DNA of 63,999 nucleotides, filler included, from Basidiobolus ranarum (Eukaryota): NCBI GenBank assembly GCA_040143965.1. It is 3 parts of 3 records of this genome, joined end to end, with 100 filler letters (N's around TTAATTAATTAA, not from the genome) between each part and the next. Parts side by side here need not be neighbours in the genome. Positions count along the whole stretch, not along the records: positions 23,357 to 46,565 come from JASJQH010007046.1; 2 more parts are not named here. One strand, 5' to 3'. Shown piece by piece: positions 23,357 to 37,435 of this stretch (position 1 is its first letter; each line of letters starts with the position of its first letter). The notes under the pieces were generated by a model. It saw only the letters and a program-made list of their open reading frames with translations, ran no database searches and was not told where the DNA came from. The position numbers and the translations under genes were made by a program.

Positions 23357-23751
23357 TCTTTATGATCTAAAGATTGACCACACTGTTGTAACTATATTTC
23401 TAGACTTAATGCATTTTTCTTCTTTTGCAATTCTTTTAAAGCAATTTTTGCTTAAACTGCAAGTTCTTTTTTTCAGTATTCACAGAAAGAGTATTTTTCT
23501 TGTTAAAGTGCTTTTAGCCTTTATAGGAAGATTTCCCATTGCTTATTAAAGTATTGTCTTTATTCTTTTGGCTGGATACTAGTTTGCATAAATCTTCATG
23601 CAGAGGTCTTCCGAATACATAATTTAAGGACAAATTTGCATTGAATTGTTATGATAGTGTAGTTCTTACTAAGTTGCTTACATTATTTCTGATGGTGTTT
23701 GAAAATGGCTCATCCGTAGTATGGTGTCATTTTATTTGAAACATATATTTA

Positions 23752-25905
23752 TTAGGGAGTTCCCCACTTTACGTAACTATGATTTGCTCCGAAAATGCTC
23801 AGTATTGCCTTGACCAATCCAGCTATACCAGCCCCGGCTAATAATCCACCTCCAACTGAATAATGATAAAACTCAGCTCGCTTAGGCCTAAAGAATCTCC
23901 AACTCAAAAAGATGCAATTTCCACAAAGCATCCCTACCGCAGAACCAGGATCCGCATTCACGAATCCAATACCAAAAGCATTGATATTCAAGATATAAGG
24001 ATGGTATTTTTCAGCGATTACAAACTTCTTGAGTACAGTATAGACAACGGCAAAAATGGCGCACGCTATGGAAAACATCTTGCTATCATAAGAGATATCT
24101 AATCCAGTAGTCATAGTGACAGCCACATTCTTCCACGCAACTACACCTATTAATTGGAACTCACATGGCATGGCACTGGCATCTGTAACACATGGATAAG
24201 CCGACGCGTAAAGAATAAATATCCCCACCCCTATGAATATGGCAAAAAAGGACCCTACCAACTGAGTGTAGAATTGAGCTAGGGGACTTCCACCAAGGAT
24301 GTGGCCGGTAAGTAAATCTTTGACCATATCCACCGCCTGGTATGAGGCTGAACCGGCAATATTTCCCGCCATAAGATTAAGACGCTGAACATCCGCAAGT
24401 GTGGGAGCAGAAAATTGACTAAATATTAGTTGCGAAGTTTTTCCAATTGAGCCAGCAGGATTAATATCAGTCTCGCCCACTGATTGAAGTCCCACAAAGG
24501 ATAGAATAAATGCAATAAAGATGGCTAAGATTGACTGATATACCGGCATATTGAAGTAAACCCCCAATACTACACAATTAAAAATAACTGCAATCACCAA
24601 TCCAACTGCCCACATCCAGGTTGGAATTCTTTCGTTAATAGGCGCTGGGTCATCATCGTCAGTATCAGCATGCACTGAAATGGTACAGTTTTCTGGATCG
24701 TGCTTCTGGCATCTGACCATCCGTTTTATAGGATTCATTAGACTTGCGAACATCCCGCTCATTGCTCTTATTATACTTCCCCCATTGCAAAAAAGTTCGG
24801 TAAACGAAGAAACCAGCATTAGAACGATCCCAGGCCAGAGAAACCAGGATTGGGCGGTAGGCCCATCCACTACAAAGCCTGTAGCTTTCACAAAGTTACC
24901 TGAGGCCAACATAAGTGGGCCAGCTATTCCGTATGATACCAGTTGGCCTAAAAATAGGGATATTACTGTATTACTTGGAATCAGAGTACCAGCACCTTCA
25001 ATAGACTTTAGTATTTTGACAGTAAAAGATATTAATGCCAAGGTTAAATACCTAAGAAAGCTGGATCAAGATTAATCATCCATCTCCATACGCGGTCAGC
25101 ATTGATGAGCCCTTGACTTCCAGTTGCTACTCCAATCCAGTAAAATATGTGGATATACTCCAGGAGAGGTATAAATACCCCCATAATGGGCACAATAGCC
25201 GATACTATAAAACATCCTAGCATCACTTTAGCCTTGCGCATAGCCTCAAGCTCGCCAGTCATAGTAGCATGGAGCTGTCTTATGGTCTCAGCTGTTGCAG
25301 TTGGCGAGGGGAAAGGGAGTTTCTGCTTTATGACAAAGTACTTACGAAGTGGCACTGCGAAGAAGAGACCGAAAAATGCCGCAGCTAAAGGAAAGCAGAT
25401 TTTTAGTCAAACCTTTCACATAAGCTGTAGTGTATGTATTAGTAAGGGGAAACAATATCTTACCAGTTGTCCAAAGAAGTAAGGCCGGAACATCGTCCAT
25501 AAAATTGGCTGACATGAGATTTAAATGATAAAGCGCTGGAATGGCGGTAAAAAAACCAACATATAGACCACCAGTGGTAGTGGCTGCTGTTTGAACAACG
25601 CAATTCTCTTTGGGGCCAAAGTAGGATCCAGTCATGCGCGATAGCGGCTTTAGGATAGCAAAACCAAATAGGGCACCAAACATTGAAGCACCAAATACCC
25701 AACCAACTTTAAGACCAATGTATAAGTTACTAGCGGAAACGAACCCTCCCAGTAGAGTACCGACTATAATAGCCCGTATGGTGAACTGTTTCTCTTCCAC
25801 AATCTCAAGTGCCGGTATGTCTTCAATAGGGAGATCCCTTAAGCTGCAACAGCCCTTCGGGTCATCGATTTCAGTAGCATATTGTATGTGATTTTTTTCC
25901 AGCAT
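23752..25905 (-). CDS. OPT-superfamily transporter, YSL clade (Yellow Stripe-like / YGL114W-like), 3 exons
   Basis: FTIRAIIVG, FGPKENCVVQTAAT, VPLRKYFVIKQKLPFPSPTATA, GETDINPAGSIGK, DLLTGHILGGSPLAQFYTQLVG. Introns at ~25386-25462 and ~24997-25051. Confidence 0.9.
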
Positions 25906-26583
25906 GGCCAATGTGTGATAGTTATCTCGTAGTGTAAGGGTTCTGGGTGAGTAATCGACAGGATGTACGCCTATTTATAAGAATCTTTCTTTCTCCCAAT
26001 GCTGTAACCAGTTGACGTGATTCTATATGTCGATTCGAATACTGGTTCTCGATAAATGACGCCTTAACTTTTTTTGCAAGGTTGTTTACTATTTGCGCCG
26101 CTAAATCATTTTACTATAAGAAGATTGGAGTGCATATATTATCTTGGATTCGTTATCTTAATCTGGACCCATTAATTTACTATTCTGATTCTGGAGAGAT
26201 ATCCTTACACAACATGGAACCCATAACCAAATTAAGGTTAAGCTTGAATTGTAAAAGCACAAAGCGTGTCGAATGACTGGTCAGGTACTCACAGAGCATC
26301 CATCAGTTATGTGCCACCCCACATGGACATCTGTTGCCCTTGAATATATAAATAAATTAGTGTTCTATTTTCCAAGTTAATTAAATCAAGACTCACCATT
26401 TTGAATTGGCTTGCACTTTATGTATCACTTATGGTTGGTTTTTGTTGGAGGATCAATTATCCAACACTTTTGCTTTTCTGTATCTATCTTTACTTCTCCA
26501 TATCTATATTTGCTTTTATAATTCTGTGCCTATCCTTTCTTTTCTATATCTATATTTGCCTTGGCATTTACGCTGTTTATTCT

Positions 26584-28332
26584 TTATCTTTCATTGACGC
26601 TTTTTTTTAGTACAGATTTAACCCAGTATGACTCAACCCAGGTGATGAGAGCAATCAATGCTAAGACATTCCAGACCAAATGACTGTTCAGAGGAAATGG
26701 TAAAGTTGACTTCATGGATACTGTAAGTAATACACCTCCCATGGCAGGTCCAACTGCTCTAGTAAGTGAAACCATGGCTTGTGAATATCTACAATGAGTA
26801 ATATAGATAAATATTTGGATTTGCGGTGAGTAAGTTATAGCAGCAAATATTACCCATTCACTGTCCCTAAGGCCTCCGTATTTTCGCAAACGTCAGTGAG
26901 TAGGATAGACGTAGCAGTAAAGCAAATGGGTGAGCAAATCACTTTAGTAATGAGGCATAATCCCACTCCACACCAAACCCCTACGCGTACCCAGTTGTAC
27001 CCAGTTAGGTTTGATTCTTTGAACTGCTCTCCATAGCGCGCTAGATCCGCTACAAATGGTTGGAAGATATAGAATGGAATGTAAACAAACAACACTACAC
27101 GATAACAAGAAAGATCTCCAAAACGCCTTTGAAGTCGAGGGTAGAGCAAAAGTTGAACTATAGGTGTCAGAATACCAACAATTGCTAAGGTAATACTGAT
27201 TTTCGCCTGATCTAGACCTAAGCCATAATGATCGATAGGGGCTGCCGTCCATAAATTGTACAGCTCATCCCATGTCACATTTTGCAGAGAAAACAATACG
27301 TAAGATAGTACCACAACATGAACTGATTTCGTAAGTGAGGAACGTAATGAAGGCTTAGGTTTGGGATGATTTAGCTCAAAATCACCTGCTTTGGAGTCTG
27401 ATGGTGGCTCCTTGCCTACGATCTCCAAATTCTTCTCACACTCATGGTCAGCGATTTTTGCTTCTCCTAAGGTTGCGCTTGACTCTAATTTAGCCTGCTT
27501 TGTTTTCAGAACTTTTGCTTCTAAAGTTTCCTCCAAAAAAAACAAACCAAATATAGATCCGGCCAAACTAATACAGGAACCAATTAAGCAAGGTAAAAGA
27601 TACGGAAACTTTATCATGGTAGCATTGTTTCCGAATACAGAAGGATATTGAGTAGCTGGCTCTGACAGTAAGCCGCCCAATAGTGGCCCTACAACACTAC
27701 CAACACCCCATACAAGCGGAAGCAATGAAAAGGCCTTTGCACGATTGGACTTATCAGTAATCTCGGCTAGTAAGGATTTGATTACTCCTATATTCCCATT
27801 AAGTATCCCAGCTATTGAACGACTGATTATAGCCATAGTAAAGCTTCGACTTAATCCGAACATGATGATACCAACGGTACTCCCGATTAATCCCATTAAG
27901 ATAACTGGTTTGCGTCCAATACGATCAGATAGCCAACCCCAAGGAACGCCTTTATGTCGTAATGGTAGCAGTGTAAAAAATTAAGAACAGTTACAGGTAT
28001 ATAAGATATAGGGAATCAAAGCTTCAAACTATACCGCTGAAAAACTGAGCAATTGCAAACGAGGCGGCAATTAGTCCTGCATACGAACTTACATCTTCGT
28101 CACTTTCTCCAACATTCATCCCCTTCACCATCTAATATATAGGTTTTATCTGGTTAGATAGCTGAATTTCGTTTGACATATGTATTCTTTATATATAATG
28201 ACTTACTCTGTACATGAATGGAAATAGAATTGTGTAGTTTATTGGCTCAGCAAGTCGCACTAGACAAAGCGTAAGTAGTTGTTTCTTTGGCAACGGAGTC
28301 TCCGTCAGATTTTCATTTCTTTCAGGTGGCAT
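26584..28332 (-). CDS. MFS transporter, ZIF1/ZIFL/TOM1-like (YCR023C-like) group, multi-exon
   Basis: ATG at 28332. TPLPKKQLLTLCLVRLAEPINYTILFPF, YAGLIAASF, PWGWLSDRIGRKPV, GILNGNIGVIKS, WGVGSVVGPLLGGLL, FPYLLPC, LGTVNG, RAVGPAMGG. Confidence 0.9.
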
Positions 28333-28851
28333 AATATGGTAATGTTTTTAGACATGAGAGAAGTACTTGGGTCAGTACTTAAATACCAGTAACCGCTGTA
28401 CTAGTGCGAATACCCTTGCAGCGTCTCACGAAACATCTTGGGGTTGTGTTACAATATACTTCAATGAGATAGGCTTCCAGTGTCTCAGTTATATTACATC
28501 AACGCTGCGTACCCTTGTGGTTAACGGATACAGAGCTCTTCACTAATAACTTTTATGCAGCAATAAGCTTATCGAGGTACCTTATCGGTTATCTCTATGT
28601 TTGACAGAGTTTTTGAACTCCATTACTAATAATCAAACTAATATAATTGCTTTGATAACCTATGAGGTACTTGGCATCAGTCATACCAATCACAGTAGCT
28701 ATATTTGGTATTGACATGGATGATCCCAAGAAACCTAGCCTGTAATTCTTCTTGTCAGCACGCAATGAGGATAATTGTCAATAGTTCTTTATAGTAAGTC
28801 AAAGTATGTTTGTGTTTGCCTGGGAAAGATAGAAACCATAGAAATTAAATG

Positions 28852-28932
28852 ATTTCATTCTATTAAGAAATGACAGAGTAATAATAAGGATATTTCATTC
28901 TATTAAGAAATGACAGAGTAATAATAAGGATA
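28852..28932. repeat. Perfect 40-bp tandem duplication upstream of the NAS TATA box
   Basis: atttcattctattaagaaatgacagagtaataataaggat occurs twice in tandem. Confidence 0.95.
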
Positions 28933-29022
28933 GTAGAACTTTACTTCTGTCTGGTATATATAAAGCCTCTATTTGCACTCTATATCTCCATCCGAACAAA
29001 GTTCTTCTCCAAACTCTCCAGA

Positions 29023-29937
29023 ATGCTCAGCCACGCCAACATTACATCTGATCCGGTTGATTTTCTTCAACCAAACGAATGCATCCAAACCAAAGACACC
29101 AAAACTCGTATATATGCACTATACCAGACTTTGTCACAAGCCAGTGCTCTGGATCCTTGCCCCGAAATAAACGCCGCTTTCAGTGAATTAGTGAGTATCT
29201 GTATCAAAACGTTACCACGTAGTGATATTGAAGCCATCCTCGGTGATAAGCAGATACTCGAGATTACAGAGCACTTTCGTCACCTTTGTGCTCTCGGAGA
29301 ATTCCGTCTGGAGGTTGCCTGGGCCTCTCACATTGTTAGAGATCCAACAGAAGCTACGGTAGAATTACTACATTTCCCTTACTACCAAAATTATGTGGCT
29401 CTAGCTAAGATGGAACTTAATGCCATCCGCTCGGTCTTACATAAAGCACCAGAAAAAATCGCATTCTTAGGCTCAGGTCCCCTTCCTTTAACTTCCATCT
29501 GTTTAGCACGAGAGTTACTGGCACAAGAGGGAAATACTTTGAGCCCAAAATCGACCAACTTTGTCATAGATAATTATGATATTGATCTGGAGGCATTGAA
29601 GATTAGTTCAGCATTGGTTAGTCAACTGCCTGATGTACAAGAGCAATTGCTATTTCATCATGAAGATGTCAGCAACATTCAAGATCTAAAGAACCATGAT
29701 GTAGTATACCTAGCTGCTCTGGTGGGACTGGTTCCAACTGAGAAGCAGAAAATCGTAAGACAACTCTGGAAAGCTATGAGACCCGGCTCCTACTTGGTGC
29801 TTCGAAGCGCTCACAGTCTCAGAACACTGTTGTACCCAGTGATTGAGACAGAGACATTGATCGGTTTTGAACCAGTTCTTGTAGTTCACCCCTACAATGA
29901 GGTAGTGAACTCTATTGTTATTGCAAGACGCTTGTAA
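29023..29937 (+). CDS. NAS: Nicotianamine synthase
   Basis: LDPCPEINAAFSELVSIC, FPYYQNYVALAKMEL, IAFLGSGPLPLTS, DVVYLAALVG, LRSAHSLRTLLYP and VVNSIVIAR match the NAS family. Intronless, 304 aa, TATATATAAA at ~28955. Confidence 0.95.
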   Translation: MLSHANITSDPVDFLQPNECIQTKDTKTRIYALYQTLSQASALDPCPEINAAFSELVSICIKTLPRSDIEAILGDKQILEITEHFRHLCALGEFRLEVAWASHIVRDPTEATVELLHFPYYQNYVALAKMELNAIRSVLHKAPEKIAFLGSGPLPLTSICLARELLAQEGNTLSPKSTNFVIDNYDIDLEALKISSALVSQLPDVQEQLLFHHEDVSNIQDLKNHDVVYLAALVGLVPTEKQKIVRQLWKAMRPGSYLVLRSAHSLRTLLYPVIETETLIGFEPVLVVHPYNEVVNSIVIARRL

Positions 29938-30701
29938 ATGAATACTTTTGGGAGCGCCGCAGTTTCCACATTATTTTTAAAAGTTTACCCAAACTAAACT
30001 TGATTTTATTTCATCTTTTCCTAGCCATGAATAAACTGTAGCACCTTCAGTATTTCACAGTAGTACATCTCCTATTATCTTGATAATGGCTAGTTGTGTC
30101 ATCAAAGCCATTCTGTAGGTATCTGGTCAAGAAAATGGAAGTATTACTGCACCACTATGACTCTGGAGAAAATTGAGTAGTTGAATATAGAAATTGTGTT
30201 GACCAAGTGAAAAGTTATGAATGTAGCAAAACCAACATATACATTGCCAAAAGGATCAAACTGGAGTATCTCCATGTTCGGAACTTAAGTGAATATAAAA
30301 TATCTTTGTAAGAAGCCATTTCTTGATGGAAATATTTCCCATTCACCCACATACAATCCATCCTAGTTGAACCGATTTAGTCTAGGCCTAAACGCACAGT
30401 TGAAATTTTAAACGACAATGCTATGTTGGTACAGTAAGTCTCATCAATGATAATCAGGATCTTTCCGTGGCTAATTTGGACTTGACAATCCTGCTTTGAA
30501 TATAAATAGTAAATGGTTTCAATAAACCTTTGTTCTTACCAATTGGTCTACCATATTAGGAAATGAGGCTCCCACATTCAACCCTGACCCTGACTGGCCA
30601 CTGAGCCTTTGATTCTCTATATTCTTTGGATAACGTGATCTTCTTATCAACTGACTACCTAGTTCTACGTATTGCTTCTTTATTGTGAATAGACTTATAG
30701 T

Positions 30702-32551
<1,850 letters not shown>

Positions 32552-32745
32552 AGTCAGCTGCTGTCACGGTGTAAACACATCATTCAACATGTATACTTTT
32601 ACCATTTGTTTCAGCATCACTTCTCTACTATTCAGCGGGAATAGTTCGCGTCCATGGCATCCTTAGCTTATCTTTATTTCTAGCACCGTTTCGAATGCCT
32701 TTGCATCACCGTATTACATTAGCATTTGGACATCTTCTGGCATTA

Positions 32746-32815
32746 TTTCAGTCAATATCCTCTTTTAATGAGTTCACTCTTTTCAGTCAATATCCTCTTT
32801 TAATGGGTTTACTCT
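32746..32815. repeat. 35-bp tandem duplication in 3' flank
   Basis: tttcagtcaatatcctcttttaatgRgttYactct occurs twice in tandem. Confidence 0.9.
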
Positions 32816-33513
32816 TAATCACTTATCACATCACCTCATATAAGTAGAGCCGTGTGGCGTTCTTTCTAACAAAATCAATGAAACCATTCTTTCAAACCAA
32901 GCCAATGCTTATATATGTTTCTATCGTTATCTACTTCCTGTATATAGGAACTAATGTCTACCCTTTGGTAACCATTTATGCTATCATTACTATTTCTAGT
33001 AATCAGCTCGGCTTTTAACATCTGCATATTAGTTAATTAGTGGAAAGAGGGAATGGGTTGACTGGGGTGCACTTAGGGTTGAACTAGGTTACTTAGGGTC
33101 ATATCTTGAAACAAGACAATGCTTAACTCCTGAACACAATTTACTTGTTGCATGTATCGTGGTACGATCGAAATTGAGAGGAAATGGTGGGACTCCATTG
33201 GGCCAGGTAATTGAAGGAATCTTTAATGAAACTCCGTATAGGATAAATGAGTGTATTGATAATGACCGAAGATAATGAACTGCTGGATCTTCTGTGACAG
33301 CGAATGAAATAACAATCAATGGATATGTATAAATATATGAAGAAGAGCCAAGAAAAATTCCATTTAATTGTGTGATTTGATTACTTTGCTTTATATATTA
33401 TTCCCCTGCCTTTTCTCCACAACCACACCACCAGACCATAACGTGCTTCCTAGAACCTCTCCTTTTTAAACGAGAACACTCATTTTGGATTTTCTTTCAT
33501 AGATAATAGCACT

Positions 33514-34170
33514 ATGTATACTGAAATGCCCTCAGTCCCCCTACGCTCACTATTGACCCGTAAACAAATTTTGTATCTTGTAGTGATGCACTCTATAGGA
33601 GCGGGAATTTTAGACGCCGGAATCAATTTTGGTATAGCCACCGCCATGTACAAGGGCTCTAGCAAGCCCGTACAGCTTTGGTCAATCAACAACAACACAA
33701 TTGCTGGTGATGCTGGGGTAACCATCATTATCCAGACCATCCTTACCTGGATATTAGATACCTTAGCAACTACCAAAGATCTCAAGAAAAACGTCATTAC
33801 TCCTATCCGTGGTTTTCATCCCAAAAACGCCATATTCCGTTGGTTCTTGGATGTTGAAGGTCATCGCAATACCAGCTTCATAACGAAGCTTCTACATGAT
33901 ATTTTACGTGGCTTCGTGTATTGTTTTCCTATTTTCGTTGTGTTCTGGCCAATCAGTATGGGTATCATGGCTGGTATTGGGGAAGGTCCTGGGCCAGAGT
34001 ATTCATTTAATCATTGGCCAACTCCTCAGATTTTCAAAGGAGTTTACGCTGGATTATTGGGTATTTTCACCACACCAATTATCACCTTCCTTGTGCTTAC
34101 TCGAGCAGGGATAATCGAATCTATGGAAGGGACAGTACCTGAATCGGATTCCAATACCAGCGAAGTCTAA
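33514..34170 (+). CDS. Uncharacterised membrane protein, ~4 TM
   Basis: Intronless 218-aa ORF with four hydrophobic segments. Confidence 0.75.
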   Translation: MYTEMPSVPLRSLLTRKQILYLVVMHSIGAGILDAGINFGIATAMYKGSSKPVQLWSINNNTIAGDAGVTIIIQTILTWILDTLATTKDLKKNVITPIRGFHPKNAIFRWFLDVEGHRNTSFITKLLHDILRGFVYCFPIFVVFWPISMGIMAGIGEGPGPEYSFNHWPTPQIFKGVYAGLLGIFTTPIITFLVLTRAGIIESMEGTVPESDSNTSEV

Positions 34171-34792
34171 AGTAACCTCTGCCTTACTAGACATACTCTT
34201 AATTGTATAGATCCTTTTTGAAAAAAGAAACCCTCCTACTCCATTCGGTTAAAGCTTCTAGCATATACTCATTTATACTCTTCTTTAGACCATCCAATGT
34301 TTAATGTACCCCCATAATACTAATCTCTAGCTCAGAGGCATTGCTGAACAATAAAGACATTTTTTACTTGATCAATACAAACGCAACAGAGACCAAGTTC
34401 GCTAGTTTATGCAAAGATACCAACTGATAATTGCACGCGGACAGCGATAAGGTTGGCATGATTGATTGAAAGCGATAAAGACTTTGCAAAGTCCTATTTA
34501 GATTTTTTTCTAACAGTCGAGGCTGTTCAAACGGTCAATATGTGGTAAATATGTTCAATTTGGCTTGACATTTATTCTAGTCAATGGAAAATTAATGAAG
34601 TGCCAGTTTTTTTCATAATTCCTGTTAAATCTAGACAAAATTCTAGATAATTTAGAGATCGAGAACCATCATTTCTCATGATTCTGGTGAGATCGTGCCT
34701 GGACCAGTGTCTCGAATCACTATCTTTTGTTTAAAGAAAGCATATAAAGGTAGAGGAGGCAGACAACTCCAACGATATATTCTTTTCTTCAA

Positions 34793-35851
34793 ATGAGTAA
34801 TCTACAACACGTTGCCATCGGAGCCATCAACACCGAATCAGTGGTCGAAAGAGCCAAGGCAAATCCCGAGACCTACCATATTCTTGAGGATACTCTTGTG
34901 AACAAGAGCGGACAAGTCGCTCTTCATCAACAATTCCGCGCACTCTTCACCCTCAAGAATCTGAAGGATCATCAGAGTATTGATATCATCTTCAAAGGTA
35001 ATGACTTCCATTGTTCATTTCGGGTTAGCCAAAGCTCTAATTGATTAATATAATATAATATAGCTTTCATCGATCCATCTGTTCTCCTTCGTCACGAGCT
35101 TGCTTATGTCCTCGGACAAATTGGTGACATCTATGCTATCCCCGGATTAACCAAGATTTTGGATAATCTTGAGGAGGATCCCATGGTGAGACATGAAGCT
35201 GCTGAAGCTTTGGGTGCTCTCTCACATATCTCGGCCCTCGAAGTCTTGGAGAAATACCGCAACGATCCTTGTGTTCCAGTTGCCGAGACCTGCCAGCTTG
35301 CCATTGAAAAGATCAAGTTCCATAATGATGAGAAACTCAAGGAAAACGTCCCCAAGGGAATCGTTTATACCTCCAACGATCCCGCCCCAGGTAACACCAG
35401 CAAATCTCTTGAGCAACTCCGAGAACTCTATCTCAACGAAGAGCTTCCACTCTTTGAGCGTTATCGTGCCATGTTCGGTCTTCGTAATCTTGGTACTGAT
35501 GATGCTGTCAAGGTTCTTTGTGAAGGTTTTAAAGATAACAGTGCACTTTTCAAGCATGAGGTTGCTTTTGTTCTCGGTCAAATGCAAAACCCTGCTGGTG
35601 CTGCTGCTTTAATCAAAGCTTTGGATGACCCTAACGAGGCACCCATGGTTCGTCACGAAGCTGCTGAAGCTTTAGGCTCTATCGCTACTCCTGAATGCCT
35701 TCCCGTTCTTCAAAAGTATCGTAATGATTACATGAAGGTTGTTGCTGAATCATGCGCTATTGCTTTGGATATGTACGATTACGAACAAAGTAACGAATTC
35801 CAGTACACCATTCTTCCCAACGTCGAAGAAGCCACCTCCCCTAAAATCTAA
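34793..35851 (+). CDS. LIA1: Deoxyhypusine hydroxylase (DOHH), 2 exons
   Basis: HEAT repeats with four HE motifs (LRHELAY, MVRHEAAEALG, FKHEVAF, MVRHEAAEALG). Intron at ~34998-35063. Confidence 0.95.
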
Positions 35852-36427
35852 GGAATACAATGGCTCAACTTGTAAATTATAAACGATTCCAAAATGACCT
35901 ATAGAATAAACCAATATAGATACACTAGAAGTTGAATTTTTTCCTCTTTATTTGAACAGAATTAGTAACAACTGATGCACGCATTTCTTTTCAAGTTGTT
36001 TGGGAATTCACTCAAGTACGAGGGCATCATTCAACTTGATACTGTCAGCGATCCTATCAAGAAGAAATATGATGATGTTAGGAATAATCGCTACATTGAA
36101 ACGTTTATGTGAGCCCTGGTATTTTAGTGGAGTTTTTTTATATTTTTATGATCGATTGATTTTTTTGTAAAACCGATGAATTAAAAAACGAAATATTTGT
36201 ATGTATTATACAAAGATTGATAGGAATACTAACCAGCTAATATTAAAAAGATGGCTTGAGAAAAATGCTTTTTGATGGTTTAAATTATTCTTTTATAATT
36301 CGAAATAGTACTTGTTAATGAGTAAGAATGAGCGACTGTGGGCTATCAAGGCCATTAGAGGTTAAATGAGATTGCTACTTTGTTGTATTATTGAATAAGC
36401 CTTTATTCTTAAAATCTATAAAGTAGA

Positions 36428-37099
36428 TCAACATTTACGTCCAACCCCGCAAAGGAAAGGAAATTCCATTGGAGTTTGAGATCCTTCGACTCCCTTGATG
36501 ACGGAGAACGGAGTGTTAACTTGAACCTCTTTAAAATTAGCTTCTTTGAGGGCAGACTCCAGTTCCGTTTTTAAGATACCATGGTGCTCAACAGTACTAT
36601 GTTTTGCTTTAGGATGGAATAGTTCTGATCCATCGAATTTCTCAAAGTCAGTAACAACCAAATAACCGTCCTTTTCTAAATATTCATATAAAATCTTTGT
36701 CATATGGTGAAAATCTTCAACGTGATGGTATGTCAAATGAGAGAAGATAAGGTGAAACTTTTTCCCATCCAATTGATCAGCATTTGTTATCTCCAAGGGA
36801 ATGGCTTGAAGTTGTTCCTCAACTTTCTTCTCTTTTGCTTTACGATTGTATACATTCGCCATGTTTTCCGAAAAGTCTACCCCTAAAATGGAGTTCACAT
36901 AAGGCTCCACTTGAAAAGAAACTAATCCCGTACCACACCCAAACTCTAAACAATTCTGAGACTTGGTTAAATGGATGGTCGATTTGATGGCTAGGAATGC
37001 TTTCTCAGCCATTTCTTTCATTCCAGGTAGGTTATCCCATTTTTCTGCTTCAAGATCAAAGCGTTGTTGTGTAGCTGTTGGTTCTTGTAGTGTCGTCAT
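36428..37099 (-). CDS. Class I SAM-dependent methyltransferase
   Basis: Motif I LEFGCGTG, ILGVDFSENM, TYHHV, LEKDGYLVVTD. Intronless. ATG at 37099 preferred. Confidence 0.88.
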   Translation of the reverse strand: MTTLQEPTATQQRFDLEAEKWDNLPGMKEMAEKAFLAIKSTIHLTKSQNCLEFGCGTGLVSFQVEPYVNSILGVDFSENMANVYNRKAKEKKVEEQLQAIPLEITNADQLDGKKFHLIFSHLTYHHVEDFHHMTKILYEYLEKDGYLVVTDFEKFDGSELFHPKAKHSTVEHHGILKTELESALKEANFKEVQVNTPFSVIKGVEGSQTPMEFPFLCGVGRKC

Positions 37100-37435
37100 T
37101 CCAAGTGATAAGAAGAGGGTCCAGATGTCTTGATGCATACAAAATCCTCTAGTCATATATATTTGAATATCAAGGTTGAATAGAATATCCGGTTTAGCAT
37201 CGTATAGATATAAGCAATCCTATTAGATTATCAACTGCTTTATGGTCACAGGATTATCGAAGGTTTTCCCACAGCTTCTCCCATGAAAATAAGCATTAAT
37301 AAGTTTCTCGAAAAGCAATCAATAATCTTTCAACCTGGACAATGAGAGATTCGAGACTGTTTATGTATGTGAATATTTCACTAAAAATTATTCAATCATC
37401 CATCAACATCAACTGCAACTGAAACAACAGATGAA

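Noticed and set aside
26401-26610. Hydrophobic 63-69 aa + strand ORFs
   Set aside because: Arise from the low-complexity 3' flank of the MFS gene.
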